A stretch of DNA of 50,991 nucleotides from an uncultured Woeseiaceae bacterium (GTDB lineage: Bacteria; Pseudomonadota; Gammaproteobacteria; Steroidobacterales; Woeseiaceae): the NCBI GenBank assembly GCA_937944275.1, contig CALDZH010000142.1, forward strand, positions 1 to 50,991. Reading direction: 5' to 3'. Position 1 is the first letter of the stretch, and every line of letters begins with the position of its first letter. The translations under genes were made by a program, and so were the position numbers. This document shows, piece after piece, positions 30,004-39,241 of this stretch. The notes under the pieces were generated by a model, which was not told where the DNA came from, did not search any database, and was given only the letters and a program-made list of their open reading frames with translations.

Positions 30004-30888
30004 ATGAAAGCAGTTAATCGCAAGATTCTCGAACAGGTGCTTATCGGCACCGCTGAACCGGTCGTGATCGTACGCACTGACCAGCCTGACTGGCCGGTGG
30101 TGTTCGCGAATCCAGCGTTTGTCGGCATCGGCGGTGAAGATGTTCCCGGTAAACCGTTTGCCGATGTCATAGAAGCGCTCGCGGGTCGTGAGTTTGCGCT
30201 TGAAGCAAGTGAGACCGTGCGATCGCAGCAAGAAACGAGTTTTCCGGTTGAGTCTGGCAGCCGCGAGTACCTGCTTGTTCTTAAACCGGTGCGTATCGGC
30301 GATGAAGATCTTGCGCGTCACTACGTGGCCTACTGGCGAAGCGGTTCGAGTTCTGCTTCGGCGGAAAGTGCCGAGGTGCACCATGCCTTGCTCAAGGCGA
30401 AGCGCCGCATTCGCGATTTGTCACGGGATGATCCCGTTACCGGGCTGCTGAATGGCAGAGCTTTCCGCGAGGTCTTCGAGCACGATTGGGCCGTTGCCAG
30501 CCGTGAGAAGAGCCGATTGTCGCTCGTTAGGTTTACGCTCGATGATTTCGATGCTTACGTTGAAGTATTCGGACGTCACGCGGCAGATTCCTGTCTGCGG
30601 CGTGTTGGGCGCGCAATTCGACGATGCCTGCGGCGAGCAAGTGATGTGGTTGCACGTACTGATGGTGCGGTTTTCGTCGCCTTGTCGCACGCGTCAGAGG
30701 AAGACGGGGTGCGCGAATTTGCCGGCCGAATTTCGACGGCCGTGCGGGAACTGGGATTGCATCACCCGCGATCGAGTTCGTCGAAATTCGTGACCGTTAC
30801 GTTTGACGTCTCGGTAGCCGATGCGGCGAATGAGGGTCAAGACGCCGGCGTGTTTCTGGACGGCCTACTCGGGACCGTAGCCAAGTAA
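30004..30888 (+). CDS. PAS domain protein with degenerate GGDEF domain (DGAVF in place of GGDEF; RxxD I-site kept)
   Basis: PAS-like N-terminus (VVFANPAFVGIGGEDVPGKPF). GGDEF-domain start DPVTGLLNGRAF. Active-site pentapeptide DGAVF at 30661-30675. RASD at 30634-30645. Confidence 0.75.
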   Translation: MKAVNRKILEQVLIGTAEPVVIVRTDQPDWPVVFANPAFVGIGGEDVPGKPFADVIEALAGREFALEASETVRSQQETSFPVESGSREYLLVLKPVRIGDEDLARHYVAYWRSGSSSASAESAEVHHALLKAKRRIRDLSRDDPVTGLLNGRAFREVFEHDWAVASREKSRLSLVRFTLDDFDAYVEVFGRHAADSCLRRVGRAIRRCLRRASDVVARTDGAVFVALSHASEEDGVREFAGRISTAVRELGLHHPRSSSSKFVTVTFDVSVADAANEGQDAGVFLDGLLGTVAK

Positions 30889-31572
30889 TTCGGATTCTTC
30901 CGGATCTTCCTCTTCCTCTTCTTCCACGCGCGTTACTTTCGCGAGGACACCGAATTTCGGGTGGTCGTAGTACCGCAATTCGCCGTTCTTCAGAATGCGG
31001 TTTTCGTTGATAATGTAGCGAACTGGGCCGCGTTGCGGTTGGATAGTCGAGTAATCCAGGGGGGAGGCGACGGGGTTATCTAGCTGCAGATCAACCACGA
31101 GATGCAGGTAGCGGCTGAGGTAAAGTGTCAGGCTTCCGTGCAAGTCGGCAGGCGGGGAGGCAAAGCGATACAGTGAAAGCGGTTCTGTCTGTTCCTCGGG
31201 CCATGTCGCCTGGGTCCAGCCGAAATGCATGATGGGCTCATAGGCGTCAAGGCGCTGCAGCCGACCCAAAGCCTCGGTTAGCTGGTAGTCCTCTTCCTCC
31301 AGAAGTACGAATTCGATATCGGGCAGAGGTTTGAAGTCGCCCACAGACCTGAACGGCCGCAACTCCAGGATCTCAAGCTCGTCCTCGTCGAACTCGATCT
31401 TATCGCCGAGAAATACTTCACTTCCGCTGGATACGTCCTCGGCGTATTTGAAAACAATAATTTCCACCGTATAACGGCGAATTTCCTGTTCCTCGATGTC
31501 GTCCGCAGGCTCCTGCGCCACGGCGGGCAGTATCAGCAAGAGGGACAGCAGGCTGTATGTCAGTTTCTTCAT
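30865..31572 (-). CDS. CsiV-family periplasmic protein (DUF2803-type)
   Basis: Signal peptide (MKKLTYSLLSLLLILPAVAQ), then RRYTVEIIVFKY and GELRYYDHPKFGVLAKV hallmarks. Immediately downstream of mfd. Acidic tail. Confidence 0.75.
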   Translation of the reverse strand: MKKLTYSLLSLLLILPAVAQEPADDIEEQEIRRYTVEIIVFKYAEDVSSGSEVFLGDKIEFDEDELEILELRPFRSVGDFKPLPDIEFVLLEEEDYQLTEALGRLQRLDAYEPIMHFGWTQATWPEEQTEPLSLYRFASPPADLHGSLTLYLSRYLHLVVDLQLDNPVASPLDYSTIQPQRGPVRYIINENRILKNGELRYYDHPKFGVLAKVTRVEEEEEEDPEESELLGYGPE

Positions 31573-31576
31573 CGAT

Positions 31577-34500
31577 TCAGGCACTCTTCGTTTCTTTGAC
31601 CGTCAGGCAGTCCAGCAGGTTCTCGATTGTAACGAATCGTTTATCGAGATCGGCCAGGTCATCCTTGATTTGCAGTCTGTGGGAGCCCTGCAAACGGAAT
31701 CGCCGACTATCATTTTGCACCAATTGTACAAGGGCGATCGGGTCAATGCGGCTGTTTGGGCCAAATACCAGGTAGCCACCATTGTCAGCCGCATCGATTT
31801 TCTCGATCCCGAGTCGGGCAGCCGATTTCTTGATGGCCGCAATCCGCATCAGGTTCCTGGCGCCGTCCGGCAGCAGGCCGAAGCGATCGATGAGCTCAAT
31901 CTGGAGTTCACGCAGTTGCTCTGGGCTTTCAGCTGCCGATATACGCTTGTAAAGAATCAGGCGTAAATGTACATCCGGGACGTAGTCGTCAGGCAGTAAC
32001 GCCGGAATATGCAGGTTGATGTCCACGCCCGCGTGCAGCGGTGCCTCGAGATCGGGTTCGTCACCTGCGCGCAGCGACTCGACAGCTCGACCCAACAGCT
32101 CCGTGTACAAGGAAAAACCAATTTCCTGGATCTGGCCGCTCTGCGTATCACCGAGCAACTCTCCCGCACCGCGGATCTCGAGATCATGCGTGGCCAGCGT
32201 AAAGCCGGAGCCCAGGTCTTCGAGCGAATCGATGGCCTCCAGCCGCTTTATTGCGTCCGCCGTCATCACAGCCTTTGGCGGTGCAAGCAGGTAGGCGTAG
32301 GCACGGTGATGGGAGCGTCCAACGCGCCCGCGAAGCTGGTGCAGCTGTGCGAGGCCGAAGCGATCGGCGCGATTGATGATGATCGTATTGGCGGTCGGCA
32401 CGTCGATTCCACTTTCGACGATCGTGGTGCACAGGAGTACGTTGAATCGCCTGTGATAGAAGTCGAGCATGACTTGTTCGAGTTCGCGCTCGGGCATCTG
32501 GCCATGGCCAATGCGGATTTTTGCCTCGGGAACGAGCTTCTCCAGCTGTTGTTCGATGCGGCCGATATCCTCAACGCGATTATGGATGAAGTACACCTGG
32601 CCGCCGCGCTTTATCTCGCGCAGACAGGCCTCGCGGATGACAACGTCGTTCCATTCGGCGACGAAGGTCTTAACGGCGAGTCGCTCTGCCGGCGGCGTTG
32701 TAATCAGCGACATTTCGCGTAGACCACCAAGCGCCATATTGAGCGTGCGAGGAATCGGCGTTGCCGTAAGCGTCAGGACGTCTACCTGGCTGCGAAGCGA
32801 CCTGATTGTTTCCTTATGGCGCACACCAAAACGATGTTCCTCATCGATGATTACGAGACCAACATCGTGAAAATCCTTTGTGTGCTGCAGAAGACGGTGT
32901 GTACCTATTACGACATCGACTGCGCCGGACCGAAGCCCCGCGACAATGTTCTTGACCTCCTTCGCCGACTGGAAACGCGATAAGACCTCCACCCGAACCG
33001 GCCATTCGGCGAAACGATCGCGAAAATTCTGACCGTGCTGTTGTGCGAGCAAGGTGGTTGGAACAAGTACCGCAACCTGCTTGCCCCCATGTACCGCCGC
33101 AAACGTCGCGCGCAGCGCGACCTCCGTTTTGCCAAAGCCGACGTCACCACAGACGACCCGGTCCATGGGTTGATCGGTTGCCAGATCGGCAAGCACGTCG
33201 TCGACTGTGTGCGCCTGATCTTCAGTGAGTTCAAATGGGAAGCCGTTTTCGAAGCTTCGATAATCTTCCTCGGGCCAATGGAAACGATGGCCAGGGCGTG
33301 CCGCGCGCCGCGCGTAAACATCCAGCAGCTCTGCTGCGACATCACGAATTTTCTTGATTGCGCGTTGTTTGGCCTTGCTCCATTGGTCGCTGCCCAGTCG
33401 ATGTAGCGGGGCATTGTCGGGCGATGCGCCCGTGTATCGCGAAATCAGGTCTAGCGCATGAACCGGCACATACAACTTGTCGCCATCCGCATACTCGAGA
33501 TGCAGAAACTCCGCTTTGATGCCGCCCGCCTCGAGAGTTACCAGCCCGAGATAGCGTCCTACCCCATATTCCTCGTGAACGACAGGTGACCCGGGCTCGA
33601 GGTCATTGAGTTGTCGAATGATAGTCTCGGGGTCACGATCGCTCCTGCGGCGTCGTTTTCGCGTCCTGGTTCGCTCACCGAACAACTGTTGTTCACTGAT
33701 GATTGCAAGACGCGCTCCGGGCAGCAATACGCCGTTGTCGACCGGTGCAATCGCCACGCCGACACGATGTGAGTCGATCGTGAAGTCCTGCCAGGTATCG
33801 ATACGTGCCAGATCCAGCCCGCGCCCGGTAAGCATGTCGAACAGTTGTTCGCGCCGCCCCGGCGAGTCGGTCGAAAACAGCACGCGGCCCTCAAATTCGT
33901 CGAGAAAAGCGACGAGGGCGGCAGCAGCATCCTCAAAGCGTGCCTCTATCTTCATTGCAGGAGGGAGTCGGGTATCCAGGTTGAGCTTGCCTGGTGCGGT
34001 TGCTACCGACTGGGCCGTGTAGCGAATGCCGGGGAACTTCGCCAGTTGCCCGGGAATTGCTTCGGGCGCGGCGAAAGTTTCCTCGACGCTCAGTATCGGA
34101 CGTTCCTTGTCAAGGCTGCAAAGCTCGTAACGTTCGTGTGCCTCCGACCAGAATTGTTCGAACAATGCTTCGAGGCCGGCCGGGGCAAGCACGACACAGT
34201 TCGCCGGCAGGTAGTCTCCGAACGACGCGGTCGCCTCGAAAAACAGCGGCAGGTAATACTCGATACCACCATGGGCGATGCCGTCAGATACTTCGCGATA
34301 GACACGCGACTTGCCTGGCTGACCTTCGAAGCGCTCACGGTAGTGGTGGCGAAACTCGCGCACGGCTTCTGCGTCAAGAGGAATTTCGCGGGCAGGCAGG
34401 ATATCAATTGAATCGACGTGGTCACCCGATAGCTGGGTCTCGGCAGCAAACCAGCGCAACGATTCCACCTCGTCGTCGAAAAAATCTATACGGATGGGCG

Positions 34501-35086
34501 TATCTGTGCCCATTGGGAAAACATCGATCAGGGAGCCACGCACGGCAAATTCGCCATGTTCCGAAACCTGCGGAACGCGGAGATAGCCAGAGGCAACCAG
34601 CGAATCGGTAAACGGTTCGCGCGGTAGATTCTGTCCTACTCTCAGAGAGAGTGATCTTGCAGCGACATATTCCACCGGGGGCAGGCGCTGTTGCAATACG
34701 GTTGCCGCGGCGATAACGACGCCGCGCTTGATACCCGGTAGCTTCGCCAGTACACGCAGGCGTTGCGAGATGATGTCCTGGTGAGGCGAGAAGCTATCCC
34801 ACGGCAGGGTTTCCCACTCGACGAAGTGTTCGACAGGCATGTCCTCGCCGGCAAAGAATCGAATCTCGGCCTCGAGTTGATCGGCGTGCCTCGGATCTTC
34901 AGCCAGCAGGAGGATTGGCCGATCGACGGATCGCGCAAATTCGGCAGTCGCGAGTGCGAGGCTTGCACCAATCAATCGCCCCCAGGCAGCTTCGGTCCCG
35001 GGTGCTGGCAGGGTCGGATGGGCAGAAAAGAGCAGGGGCGCTGTCAATACTTCACTCGGCGAAAACGGGCCGCGATTATTACACAC
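31577..35086 (-). CDS. mfd: Transcription-repair coupling factor Mfd
   Basis: 1169 aa with a UvrB-homology N-terminus, CarD-like RID and superfamily-2 helicase motifs (GDVGFGKTEVA, DEEHRFG, TATPIPRT, QLRGRVGRS). GTG start; the exact start is uncertain. Confidence 0.96.
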   Translation of the reverse strand: MCNNRGPFSPSEVLTAPLLFSAHPTLPAPGTEAAWGRLIGASLALATAEFARSVDRPILLLAEDPRHADQLEAEIRFFAGEDMPVEHFVEWETLPWDSFSPHQDIISQRLRVLAKLPGIKRGVVIAAATVLQQRLPPVEYVAARSLSLRVGQNLPREPFTDSLVASGYLRVPQVSEHGEFAVRGSLIDVFPMGTDTPIRIDFFDDEVESLRWFAAETQLSGDHVDSIDILPAREIPLDAEAVREFRHHYRERFEGQPGKSRVYREVSDGIAHGGIEYYLPLFFEATASFGDYLPANCVVLAPAGLEALFEQFWSEAHERYELCSLDKERPILSVEETFAAPEAIPGQLAKFPGIRYTAQSVATAPGKLNLDTRLPPAMKIEARFEDAAAALVAFLDEFEGRVLFSTDSPGRREQLFDMLTGRGLDLARIDTWQDFTIDSHRVGVAIAPVDNGVLLPGARLAIISEQQLFGERTRTRKRRRRSDRDPETIIRQLNDLEPGSPVVHEEYGVGRYLGLVTLEAGGIKAEFLHLEYADGDKLYVPVHALDLISRYTGASPDNAPLHRLGSDQWSKAKQRAIKKIRDVAAELLDVYARRAARPGHRFHWPEEDYRSFENGFPFELTEDQAHTVDDVLADLATDQPMDRVVCGDVGFGKTEVALRATFAAVHGGKQVAVLVPTTLLAQQHGQNFRDRFAEWPVRVEVLSRFQSAKEVKNIVAGLRSGAVDVVIGTHRLLQHTKDFHDVGLVIIDEEHRFGVRHKETIRSLRSQVDVLTLTATPIPRTLNMALGGLREMSLITTPPAERLAVKTFVAEWNDVVIREACLREIKRGGQVYFIHNRVEDIGRIEQQLEKLVPEAKIRIGHGQMPERELEQVMLDFYHRRFNVLLCTTIVESGIDVPTANTIIINRADRFGLAQLHQLRGRVGRSHHRAYAYLLAPPKAVMTADAIKRLEAIDSLEDLGSGFTLATHDLEIRGAGELLGDTQSGQIQEIGFSLYTELLGRAVESLRAGDEPDLEAPLHAGVDINLHIPALLPDDYVPDVHLRLILYKRISAAESPEQLRELQIELIDRFGLLPDGARNLMRIAAIKKSAARLGIEKIDAADNGGYLVFGPNSRIDPIALVQLVQNDSRRFRLQGSHRLQIKDDLADLDKRFVTIENLLDCLTVKETKSA

Positions 35087-35113
35087 CGGCTGGCCGGGGC
35101 GGGCCCTCCAGGC

Positions 35114-35146
35114 ATAAAAAAACCCGGGCTGTCGCCAGCCCGGGCC
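35114..35146 (-). terminator. Rho-independent terminator downstream of the small secreted-protein gene
   Basis: On the minus-strand RNA: CCCGGGCUG-GCGA-CAGCCCGGG (9-bp GC stem, GNRA loop) followed by UUUUUUU (A-run 35116-35122 on the plus strand). Confidence 0.8.
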
Positions 35147-35168
35147 GTACTTGATTCTGTTAGCGCGC

Positions 35169-35444
35169 CTAGCGCTTCACGACGGCGTGAATGACTTTGT
35201 CATGTTCAAAAAAGACCACAAAATTAGCGTACTCCCAGCGCGTGATCGGCGGGTCACCAACCGGTGCCTTGACCGCTGCCGGGCTACCGTACTTCGATTC
35301 GACGCTGGCCTGCGTCATGCCGCGGGTCGGACGTTCGTCATTCGATCCGGCCGATGCACCTTGCATCTGCAACGTGTCAGCATTTGCCGAGCCCATTGCT
35401 GCCAGCAGCAACGCGACTAAGGAAATCGTACGCAATTTGGCCAT
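35169..35444 (-). CDS. Small secreted protein of unknown function (BamE/SmpA_OmlA-like feel)
   Basis: Signal peptide MAKLRTISLVALLLAAMGSANA, a strong SD (GGAGAAGGA) upstream of ATG 35444, and a terminator downstream. GTG 35468 is a longer alternative. Confidence 0.6.
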   Translation of the reverse strand: MAKLRTISLVALLLAAMGSANADTLQMQGASAGSNDERPTRGMTQASVESKYGSPAAVKAPVGDPPITRWEYANFVVFFEHDKVIHAVVKR

Positions 35445-35526
35445 GATCCTTCTCCAATATGTGGTCACGTGACTATAGCATTGCCACGCGGGATGAGATA
35501 TGCGAACTGTGTCACAATGCCGCCCA

Positions 35527-36771
35527 ATGTTGAATTCAGTCGAATTATTTGTCGGGCTGCGCTACCTGAGGGCCAAGCGGCGCACCCGGTTTGTGTCGTT
35601 TATCACGCTCATTTCCCTCATCGGAATTGCTCTCGGTGTTGCTGCGCTGATCGTCATCCTGTCGGTCATGAACGGCTTCGAAGGCGAACTCCGAAGCCGG
35701 CTGCTCAGCATGTCAGCGCACGGTACCGTAAGCAGTTCCAGCGGTGTCATCAGGGAATGGCGACCACTTGTCGACGACATAGGGTCAGAGGCCGGCGTGC
35801 AGGCAGCCGCGCCATTCGTGCCGCTGGAAGGCATGATCCAGTCGGGGCGTGACCTGCATGGGGTCATGGTCCACGGCGTTGACCCCGCGTATGAGGCCAG
35901 ACTGACCGGCGACCGCATGAATCTGGTTGAGGGGAGCCTGGAGACACTCCAGGCGGGCAGCCGAAACATCATCCTTGGTCGCGTGCTCGCCTATGACCTC
36001 GGCGCCCGCCTGGGAGACGGCGTCGTCTTACTGATCCCGCGTCCCGTTGGCGATGGCACGTTGGAACCGGTGCTGGAACGGTTTGTTCTGAGCGGTGTGT
36101 TTGAAGCAGGACTCGCCGATCACGACAGTGTTCTGGCCCTCATACATGTGGCTGATGCCGCCGCAATTCTCGACAATGACGGTGCCATAACTTCTGTGCG
36201 GTTCCTCGCCGATGATGTGATGGCTGCGCCCTCTATCGCGGCATCGTTGCAGGAGCGGCTCGGCGATGCAGTCAGCACCAGCGACTGGACGATCGAAAAC
36301 GGCAGCTACTTCCGCGCAATCCGAATTGAGAAGATGATGATGTCGCTTATTTTATCGCTCATCATTGGTGTAGCCGCGTTCAACATTGTCGCCAGTCTGG
36401 TCATGGTCGTAACAGACAAGACGACAGATATTGCGGTACTACGAACACTGGGCATGGGGCCAGACGGCGTCGTGCGTGTTTTCTTCGTGCAGGGCGCAAT
36501 GATTGGCTGGGCGGGTGTGTTGATCGGCGTGATTCTGGGCGTTGTTCTTGCTACTTATGTGCCTGTGATCGCGCCGTTCCTCGAGCAGCTGTTTGGTTTC
36601 CAGATAATGCCCGGCGACGTTTACTATGTGACGCGCATTCCGTCCGAACTGGAAGTTCAGGATGTCACCGTCATAGCAGTATCAGCCTTCGTGCTGACCT
36701 CGCTTGCGACTCTCTACCCCGCGCGCCGCGCCGCGCTCGTAAATCCTGCTGCAGCGTTGAGGTACGAGTAG
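35527..36771 (+). CDS. Lipoprotein-releasing ABC transporter permease (LolC/LolE family), copy 1
   Basis: FVGLRYLRAKRR N-terminus, a large periplasmic loop between TM1 and TM2, and a C-terminal FtsX-type 3-TM bundle. Confidence 0.88.
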   Translation: MLNSVELFVGLRYLRAKRRTRFVSFITLISLIGIALGVAALIVILSVMNGFEGELRSRLLSMSAHGTVSSSSGVIREWRPLVDDIGSEAGVQAAAPFVPLEGMIQSGRDLHGVMVHGVDPAYEARLTGDRMNLVEGSLETLQAGSRNIILGRVLAYDLGARLGDGVVLLIPRPVGDGTLEPVLERFVLSGVFEAGLADHDSVLALIHVADAAAILDNDGAITSVRFLADDVMAAPSIAASLQERLGDAVSTSDWTIENGSYFRAIRIEKMMMSLILSLIIGVAAFNIVASLVMVVTDKTTDIAVLRTLGMGPDGVVRVFFVQGAMIGWAGVLIGVILGVVLATYVPVIAPFLEQLFGFQIMPGDVYYVTRIPSELEVQDVTVIAVSAFVLTSLATLYPARRAALVNPAAALRYE

Positions 36772-36775
36772 CGCC

Positions 36776-38023
36776 ATGGCCGGCAACTTCGAAACATGGA
36801 TTGGCAGTCGCTATGTGCGCTCCCGAAGCGCCAACAGCTTTGTATCACTGATTTCGGCGATTTCGATGCTCGGTATTGCTATCGCCGTACTGGTTCTGAT
36901 TGTCGTAATGTCCGTGGTCAACGGCTTCGAGCGCGAACTTAAAGATCGCCTGCTCGCGATGACCGCGCATGCCGATATTGAACATGTCGATGGCAAGTTG
37001 ACCAGTGCTGAAGGGCTTCGCGAAACGGCACTGAAAAATCCGCGCGTGAGCGCGGCTGCGCCGTATGTCGACGGCCAGGCGCTGCTCATTGCGGGGAAGC
37101 AGCTGAGCGGTGCGGAGGTACGAGGTATTGAACCTGAGCTGGAGAACTCAGTATCCGGTATCGCCGGCGTCATGCAATCCGGAGAGCTCGCGGCACTGGT
37201 ACCGAAGAAATTCAATATCGTGCTGGGAATCGAACTGGCCGAGGAGCTGCAGGTTGGTGTTGGCGACAAGGTTACGGTGACGTTGGCAGAGGGTATGGTG
37301 ACGCCGGCTGGCGTCATTCCCAGGACCAAGCGATTTACCGTGAGTGGCATCTATCGCGTCGGCATGTACGAATTTGATCGCCGGCTCGCGTTTATCAATA
37401 TTGGCGACGCCCAGCTACTTTACCGCAAGGGTAATAGCGTGACCGGTGTGCGTTTGGCAGTTACGGAAATCTACGCATCACCGGAAATCGTCCGTGAGGT
37501 TGCACGCGAACATGGTGAGCTGGTACTCGTCAGCGACTGGACACGGCGCCATGTCAATTTTTTCCGATCTATCCAGATCACAAAGTCGATTCTGTTTGTC
37601 ATTCTGCTTCTGGTTGTTGCGGTCGCCGCCTTCAATATCGTGTCGACGTTGGTCATGGTGGTCAAGGACAAGCAATCCGACATTGCGATACTGCGCACAG
37701 TCGGTGCGAAACCGTCTAGCATACTGCGGATATTTGTCACGCAGGGCAGCATCGTCGGAGTCGTTGGCACGCTTGCCGGCGTTGTGCTGGGAATCCTGAT
37801 CGCGCTGAACCTCGAATCGATCGTCGCCTTCTTTGAAGCGGCGTTCGGCATAAAGTTTCTGGCAGCTGATGTTTACTTCATCAGTGATCTGCCGTCAGAA
37901 TTAAAGTATGGCGACGTTGCAAAAATCGCGCTGATTGCGCTCGTGCTCGCCCTGATTTCCACCTTGTACCCGGCCTGGGTTGCGGCAAGGACCGCCCCGG
38001 CAGAGGCCCTGAGATATGACTGA
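36776..38023 (+). CDS. Lipoprotein-releasing ABC transporter permease (LolC/LolE family), copy 2
   Basis: A paralogue of the preceding gene ([14 protein letters not shown]..., same architecture). Confidence 0.88.
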   Translation: MAGNFETWIGSRYVRSRSANSFVSLISAISMLGIAIAVLVLIVVMSVVNGFERELKDRLLAMTAHADIEHVDGKLTSAEGLRETALKNPRVSAAAPYVDGQALLIAGKQLSGAEVRGIEPELENSVSGIAGVMQSGELAALVPKKFNIVLGIELAEELQVGVGDKVTVTLAEGMVTPAGVIPRTKRFTVSGIYRVGMYEFDRRLAFINIGDAQLLYRKGNSVTGVRLAVTEIYASPEIVREVAREHGELVLVSDWTRRHVNFFRSIQITKSILFVILLLVVAVAAFNIVSTLVMVVKDKQSDIAILRTVGAKPSSILRIFVTQGSIVGVVGTLAGVVLGILIALNLESIVAFFEAAFGIKFLAADVYFISDLPSELKYGDVAKIALIALVLALISTLYPAWVAARTAPAEALRYD

Positions 38024-38699
38024 AGCAGTTCTAGAGTGTCGCAATGTCGTGCGCGAATTCAGAGAGGGTAGCTCCACGCTGCAGGTCTTGCGCGGGGTAA
38101 ACCTCGCAGTACGGCCATCCGAGCGGCTGGCAATCATCGGTGCGTCGGGTTCAGGCAAGACGACGCTGCTGCAAATAATGGGCGGTCTCGACGAACCGAC
38201 GGAAGGCGGCGTGCTGGTGAATGGCGCGCCGATGCACGGCACCAATGAAACGGCCAAAGGGGAGCTGCGCAATAAATACATCGGCTTCATCTACCAGTTT
38301 CACCACCTCCTGCCCGAATTTACCGCCGAAGAGAACGTCGCGATGCCGTTGCTGATTCGGCGCGAATCGAAACCGGAAGCGCTGGGTAAAGCGCGTGACT
38401 TACTCGGCCGCGTCGGGCTCGGGGAGCGCCTGACGCACAAACCAGGTGAGCTATCGGGTGGCGAACGCCAGCGGGCAGCCGTTGCACGTGCTTTGATTAC
38501 TCGACCGCAGCTCGTACTTGCCGATGAGCCGACCGGCAACCTCGACGCGGGCAACGGAGAACACGTTCTGAATCTGATGCTCGAGCTCAATGAGGAGCTG
38601 CACACGAGCCTGGTTATCGTTACTCATGACCATTCAATTGCGAAACGAATGGATCGTATTCTCGTCCTCGAGGATGGAGTGCTCAAGGAATCAGCGTGA
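38016..38699 (+). CDS. lolD: Lipoprotein-releasing system ATP-binding protein LolD
   Basis: Walker [10 protein letters not shown], the LolD-type segment [24 protein letters not shown], and LSGGERQR. Confidence 0.92.
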   Translation: MTEAVLECRNVVREFREGSSTLQVLRGVNLAVRPSERLAIIGASGSGKTTLLQIMGGLDEPTEGGVLVNGAPMHGTNETAKGELRNKYIGFIYQFHHLLPEFTAEENVAMPLLIRRESKPEALGKARDLLGRVGLGERLTHKPGELSGGERQRAAVARALITRPQLVLADEPTGNLDAGNGEHVLNLMLELNEELHTSLVIVTHDHSIAKRMDRILVLEDGVLKESA

Positions 38700-39221
38700 C
38701 TCGCGATCCTTCCGGTCGCTGCGCTTGCGTGCTTTGTAATTAGCGAGGGAAAGTCGCCACAGGCCATCGAGCGTGACATAGCCGAGCGTCGCGCCAGCCG
38801 CGCCAAGGAGTACGCTGCCGAGCAGCATCGGCTGCCAGATGTTAACGAACGTGTGCGTTACCCAGTCGATAGACATCTCGAAGCCGAATGGTTGCAAGTC
38901 CCAGCCCAGAATGTACGAACCGAGTTGATACTCGAAGTAGTACATGGGGAACATCGTTGCGGGATTACTCACCCAGGTCGACACGGCGGCAATCGGGATA
39001 TTCACGCGCAGTGCCAGCGCTGCCAATGCGGCTGTGAGCGTATGTCCGGGAAAGGGCATGAACGCTACGAATAGTCCGAGTGCAAATGCCGGCACAACCC
39101 AGCGTCGGCGTACACCCCACAGGCGGTGATCGTGCAGCAGGTGCCGAAATGGCGTCATGAACCACTGCTTGGACATCTCGTGGCGTTTGAACGCAAATTT
39201 CCTAAAAAAACGTCTGGGCAT
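38691..39221 (-). CDS. DUF2062 domain-containing membrane protein
   Basis: 176 aa with a basic N-terminus (MPRRFFRKF) and multiple TM helices. It lies between lol and comEC, like PA2985 in Pseudomonas as I recall. Confidence 0.6.
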   Translation of the reverse strand: MPRRFFRKFAFKRHEMSKQWFMTPFRHLLHDHRLWGVRRRWVVPAFALGLFVAFMPFPGHTLTAALAALALRVNIPIAAVSTWVSNPATMFPMYYFEYQLGSYILGWDLQPFGFEMSIDWVTHTFVNIWQPMLLGSVLLGAAGATLGYVTLDGLWRLSLANYKARKRSDRKDRESR

Positions 39222-39241
39222 TTATTTGCCGTCAGGGTTGT

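Noticed and set aside
35527-38699. The permease-permease-ATPase gene order in the lol operon, which differs from E. coli lolC-lolD-lolE.
   Set aside because: This is a simple order variant of a well-known system. All three components look intact, and I cannot show that the order is unusual among non-enteric Gammaproteobacteria.
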